Assembly (NCBI GenBank): GCA_002633005.1
Contig: NMRA01000437.1
Span: 289,953-353,952 of the forward strand
Source: Phoronis australis
Taxonomy: Eukaryota; Animalia; Phoronida
Direction of reading: 5' to 3'
DNA length: 64,000 nucleotides
The position numbers and the translations under genes are program-made. This document shows positions 60,101-64,000 of the stretch, one piece after another. Positions within the stretch are counted from its first letter, which is position 1, and each line of letters opens with the position of its first letter. Under the pieces are notes generated by a model, which was not told the origin of the DNA, ran no database searches, and was given only the letters and a program-made list of their open reading frames with translations.

Positions 60101-63100
60101 GAAATGTGTTCAAGCAGGTGCTGCCTATTTAGTCACTCAGCTATGTAAAATGTTACTACTCGCTACGTTCTTCCCAGCCACAGAGTCCTCGTCCTCTAGC
60201 TTTGATGTCATTGGTGTGAGTAGATCGGCAAATCATAGTCTGCAGCTAGTTGGTGGGTTGGGTTATACAGGAAATTTAAACAAGCGGACCCACCCAAATA
60301 TAAGCCCATAGGCCAACATGACTTGTGTATTCGGAAAGTTTTCCGAAGACAGGTCATGAGCCTACTTACGTTGTCAAACTGTTGGCAATTGCACTAGTTT
60401 TACTGGAGAAGTTAAATAAATGGCGAAGGACATCGTAAATCTTGTTTTCCTTCAAAACCTGCGCTTTTGGTGTGGTTCAACAGTATTGAGGTTTATTCAT
60501 CCTTTGTAAAGACGGACACTTATTTAAATGTGTCTCCGGTTTGTGGAGTTTCCAAGATGGACATTGTCAGCAAGTGTCGAACAATAACAAAGCTTCGTAG
60601 GAAACTGGAAAATTTTTCAGCACGTTTCTGGCTTATCTACGCATCAAATGAAGTTGGCTTTGTAAGTGATAAGTCTGTTTGCACACAAACCAATCAGATT
60701 CATTAAGGACAAACCTCCATTTTGTATTTGTTGTAAATAATCAATTTTGAATGTTACATTTTGGTTAAAGTTCTGCTGCCTCTCGTGGTTTTTAAATGTT
60801 TTTGGTATGACAAAGTGGTTTAGGTTTGCAGTCCTCGTTCACCTGAGGAGAAAGTTGCCTGTGCATTGTGGGAAAATAACCCTCCTCCCACCACCACCCC
60901 TGTTTGGCAGTTGCCTCAAGTACCCAAAACTAAGGTTTTGAAGAAGTGGTTCTAATCTTGTGGTGAATTCTTGGGCCAACAGAATTGTGCATGCTATTAA
61001 ATGTTTTTCATAAGGGAGTGTGACTGAATACCTGCCCCAAAGTCGAGGCATCGAGACACTTAAGGTTCAACACTCATAGAACTTAATGACGACATGTTTT
61101 ACTCAGCAGCATATGGAATATGACAATATTTTATATGAGGCTGCCCGGCTGTGTGACGTGTTGAAACTTTAGGTCACCTGATAAATACAACTACAGCCCA
61201 CTGTTACGTACAATATGGCCTGATAATAATGGAAAGTCACACCCCACGTAGTATAGAACTGTAGATGATGACCTTAGTTAAGGTTATGCGTCTAGCAGTC
61301 AGTCATGGCTTATTCAAATACAAATGAATAATTCTTTACGTACAGCTGAATTTAGCGTACAACATGGCCAACAAGTAAATTTTTTCAATTGTTAAATTTC
61401 TTCTCAAAAAAGATTCAGAAAATTTTAGTCTTTCACTACCATAGTTTGTACTGTTTAGATGTTGTAAAACAACAATTGGCCTATCACCAGGACTTTAAAT
61501 GACAGCTTAAGTGACCAATCAGAATGCAGCCTTCTTGACACCTTGGTTTCCAAGCCGCCATTTTACCCGACAAACACGTTGCAGGGTAAAACTTATCGTT
61601 TCTTTGTCAACATTTCGCAAGGGGCAGAACTTACGATATGTCAATTGTTTGAGTTTCTACTTTTCACAGCAAAGTTATGAGCCTTTAAAATGGAAAAATA
61701 ACAATGTTGGCAATTATTTTTCTTTCAAATAAGTGAAGAATTAACGTAGGGCTATCTTCTTATTGAACATGACCATTTGAACACGTACGTAATGACGATG
61801 TTTTTTCTATTGTTGCAGGAGACACTCAAGTGCACAGTCGATTTAGTCGACTTGATAGGGATTCACCTGTGTATGACGCAGATAGCTGGAAAGGGCCAGC
61901 TCAAATTCATGATAGCTGGGATGGGCTGGGCAACTGCAGAATTAGTGATGACCAGGTAATACCATCCACTTAGTATACCATAGCCTGTCAATTTCTTTTT
62001 CCATGAAATAACTGTGAATACACTTGCCTACTCCATATTGTTTTATTTTTTGCTACCATCGACGGTTCTTCACTAATCTTATTTTTACACAAACTTCTAA
62101 AATCATTATTTTTTTTATTTTTCCAAGGGCGACTACCATTCTGCAAGTGGGAAACATTACCTAATGTTACTCTATGATGGTCCAGACAAAGCTCATAATA
62201 GACCAAAATCTCTTTATTGTGATTAGGTCACACCCCTAGCAAGTACTCCTAACTGGAAACTAACAATACCATCTGAAGGTAGCCCATTCACTTTCTCTAA
62301 CACATTTGTTCTAAGTGGAAAATTCCTGCAAAAGTAGCTTTACTTTTTGATATCTGAAGCTACTGCATCTATGAACCATACAGATTGGCTTTTGAACATT
62401 TTGTTTTTCTAAAGCAGAATTTCTTCTTGTTACAAATTATGCCTCAAATCAGTTTGCTATGGAGAAGTAACAAGAATTTGAACCAGGATGCTGGAATATC
62501 CCGGTCTACCTCAGTACAGTGACATCGCAGTTTCCATCCCTGTTACCTTGCCTTTGGTGCAACTGTTTAATTAGCCTGAAGTAAAAACCTCTCTGTCACA
62601 CATGTGGATTATCACGTATTTTACTCGTAGCAAAAAAATTAGATTGCATGATCAAGTGTGTATAAAGCAGAGAGCAGGTGGTGCGCTGCTGGCTCTATAT
62701 AATACTAATTGAAAGCATTCAACATAGTCTTTTTATCTTCATGGTTTTGTCATGCTCAATGGCTGTCTACCTTTGTCTGTATAATTTTTTGTCTTTGAAA
62801 AAATGTAATGGTTAGCTATAGAAGTCTTCTAAGGTGCCCATTCACAAGCAAATGCGCATGCATTCAGATGCTGTTCTTAAGATTTGACGGTTTCTGAAGA
62901 GAAAAATATTGATCAAGGTTTTCCAAAAAACTTGAAGGTCTCGTACTTCATTACGATTTAACAGAAACTCAAAACTCCTGATATTTTTTGCTGGACTTGT
63001 TTTGTCCTGAGATTGGGTTATTGGCAAGAATGCATTTGTTGCTCAGACTCAGAAATTTTAAATATGTCTGTAACAATGGTCTATGAGCATGTTTGTCTTC

Positions 63101-63459
63101 AAGGTGCTCATTTGTTGTGATAATTAGGGTATAGACTCACTAATTCAGGACACAAGTGAAATTTCATTTTCTCTTTTTTTCATAGAAGAAGTGTGGCGTC
63201 AAACTGATGTTTTACCATGTTGAGGCTCTGTACTGTAGTTACCATATTTTGAAACATTGTGGGCAGTGTAAGAAGACCTTAAAAACAAAATATGGTTATT
63301 TTGGCAATTATTTTTATCCGAAATTCGTGGGAATTTACCATAGTCATTTTCTTTTATTGCCTTATTTTTTACAGGTTTTTACCCCTATGGGTGGGTGCTC
63401 GTGGTGTGGAGTTTGACTGGAAGTACATTCAGATGTGTTTTGAATCTAACGTGAACTTG
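54167..63459 (+). CDS. TMEM147: Transmembrane protein 147 (BOS/multipass translocon subunit), 5' part; continues beyond window
   Basis: Exon 1 54167-54243 ([26 protein letters not shown]); exon 2 60080-60215, identical copy at 56922-57057 ([32 protein letters not shown]); exon 3 61819-61955 ([14 protein letters not shown]...[11 protein letters not shown]); exon 4 63375-63459 ([28 protein letters not shown]). Confidence 0.95.
54476..54694. repeat. Local direct duplication (~70 bp, two copies)
   Basis: gagcgacacttggc(g/a)aaattaac(a/t)gaaaagac...gatgatga...ggtggcgatg at ~54476 and ~54629. Confidence 0.7.
54695..54830. mobile_element. Solo TIR arm of the long-TIR foldback family (TMEM147 intron 1)
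   Basis: gcagctcctataggcactccatacgccggaagcttttcggcgaattatgcctcgcaccgactaaaccatc matches the arms of 36289-36896. Confidence 0.8.
55521..60713 (+). repeat. Tandem duplicated block containing TMEM147 exon 2 (55521-57555 vs 57557-60713), probably uncollapsed haplotypes
   Basis: The copies abut at a single N (57556). They are collinear with scattered SNPs and small indels, and the second copy has ~1.1 kb extra at ~58585-59700. Confidence 0.9.
58771..59520. mobile_element. Decayed full-length copy plus partial arm of the long-TIR foldback family
   Basis: ctgctcgaagaaaaagtttgattatgggagtatttgttcgagttggaag...acgacttcctaaggtgtccctctgtgt at 59077-59170 is nearly identical to 36667-36760. An inverted arm lies at 58771-58970 and a terminus gtagagatggtagtcatcc at ~59301. 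Confidence 0.8.
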
Positions 63460-63724
63460 GTGAGTAATGCGAGTTGTGTTGTAAGAGGATTGCGCTTGTG
63501 TACAATGTATGATTCTTACTGAGAATGGAATCGCTCATTAGACATATTTTGACTGGTGGTAGTCTCTTCCTTGACAACACATTGAATTCGGTATTTGTCA
63601 ACTGCCGGTAGAAGAAAAACGTTGAAAATTTAACGAAGTCTCAAGCAAGGTAGTGAATCACTTCTGTCGTGGGACTGTAAAATCGTGACTTACCCTGACA
63701 TGATGTATTAATCAATTTCAGTTA

Positions 63725-64000
63725 GGGCTGTTCCAGCAAAATCTGTATGGGAGGGGGGGAAGGCACTTTTATTTCGTACCCACCGCCCATATTTTCATTT
63801 ATTTCTCCAACCCATGACCCATAATTTTTTATTTATTTTTATATTTTAAAATATAAAATCCAACACTTGCAAACAAATTGTCTCCAGGAGGACCTGTTAA
63901 GAACTTAGATGATTGACAGACAAGAACTAGTTGTCTTGTCCAATATTGTCAAAAACTAAAGTAGCCTGTGAGCAATACTTTTGGAAGCCACCAGGTGTCT
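63725..64000. mobile_element. Second copy of the Harbinger-type MITE, inverted, truncated by the window end
   Basis: TTA followed by GGGCTGTTCCAGCAAAATCTGTATGGGAGGGGGG..., a near-exact reverse complement of ~47265-47542. Confidence 0.9.

Overview
This is AT-rich, intron-rich animal genomic DNA, probably from a heterozygous invertebrate; the species cannot be determined from the sequence. By hand-splicing I assembled four complete genes with phase-consistent splice sites: KAT7/HBO1 (+, 11 coding exons, 560 aa), HSPA13/STCH (-, 7 exons, 431 aa, one GC-AG intron), SMG9 (+, 12 exons, 470 aa) and CFAP126/Flattop (-, 4 exons, 232 aa). TMEM147 (+) has 4 exons here and continues past the window end. 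HSPA13/SMG9 and CFAP126/TMEM147 are tight head-to-head pairs. A frameshifted two-exon SLC34 (NaPi-II) pseudogene fragment lies at the left end. Introns contain decayed CR1/L2, L1/Tx1 and Penelope fragments and several MITE or foldback families. A 2-3 kb block carrying TMEM147 exon 2 appears twice across a single N, most likely as uncollapsed haplotypes. I found no convincing new multi-gene system. The most unusual signals are a long-TIR foldback family whose subterminal hairpin shows compensatory changes and which sits in first introns, a GC donor with a competing frameshifting GT donor in HSPA13, and several unannotated exon-like segments. All coordinates were read by eye and no database searches were run.
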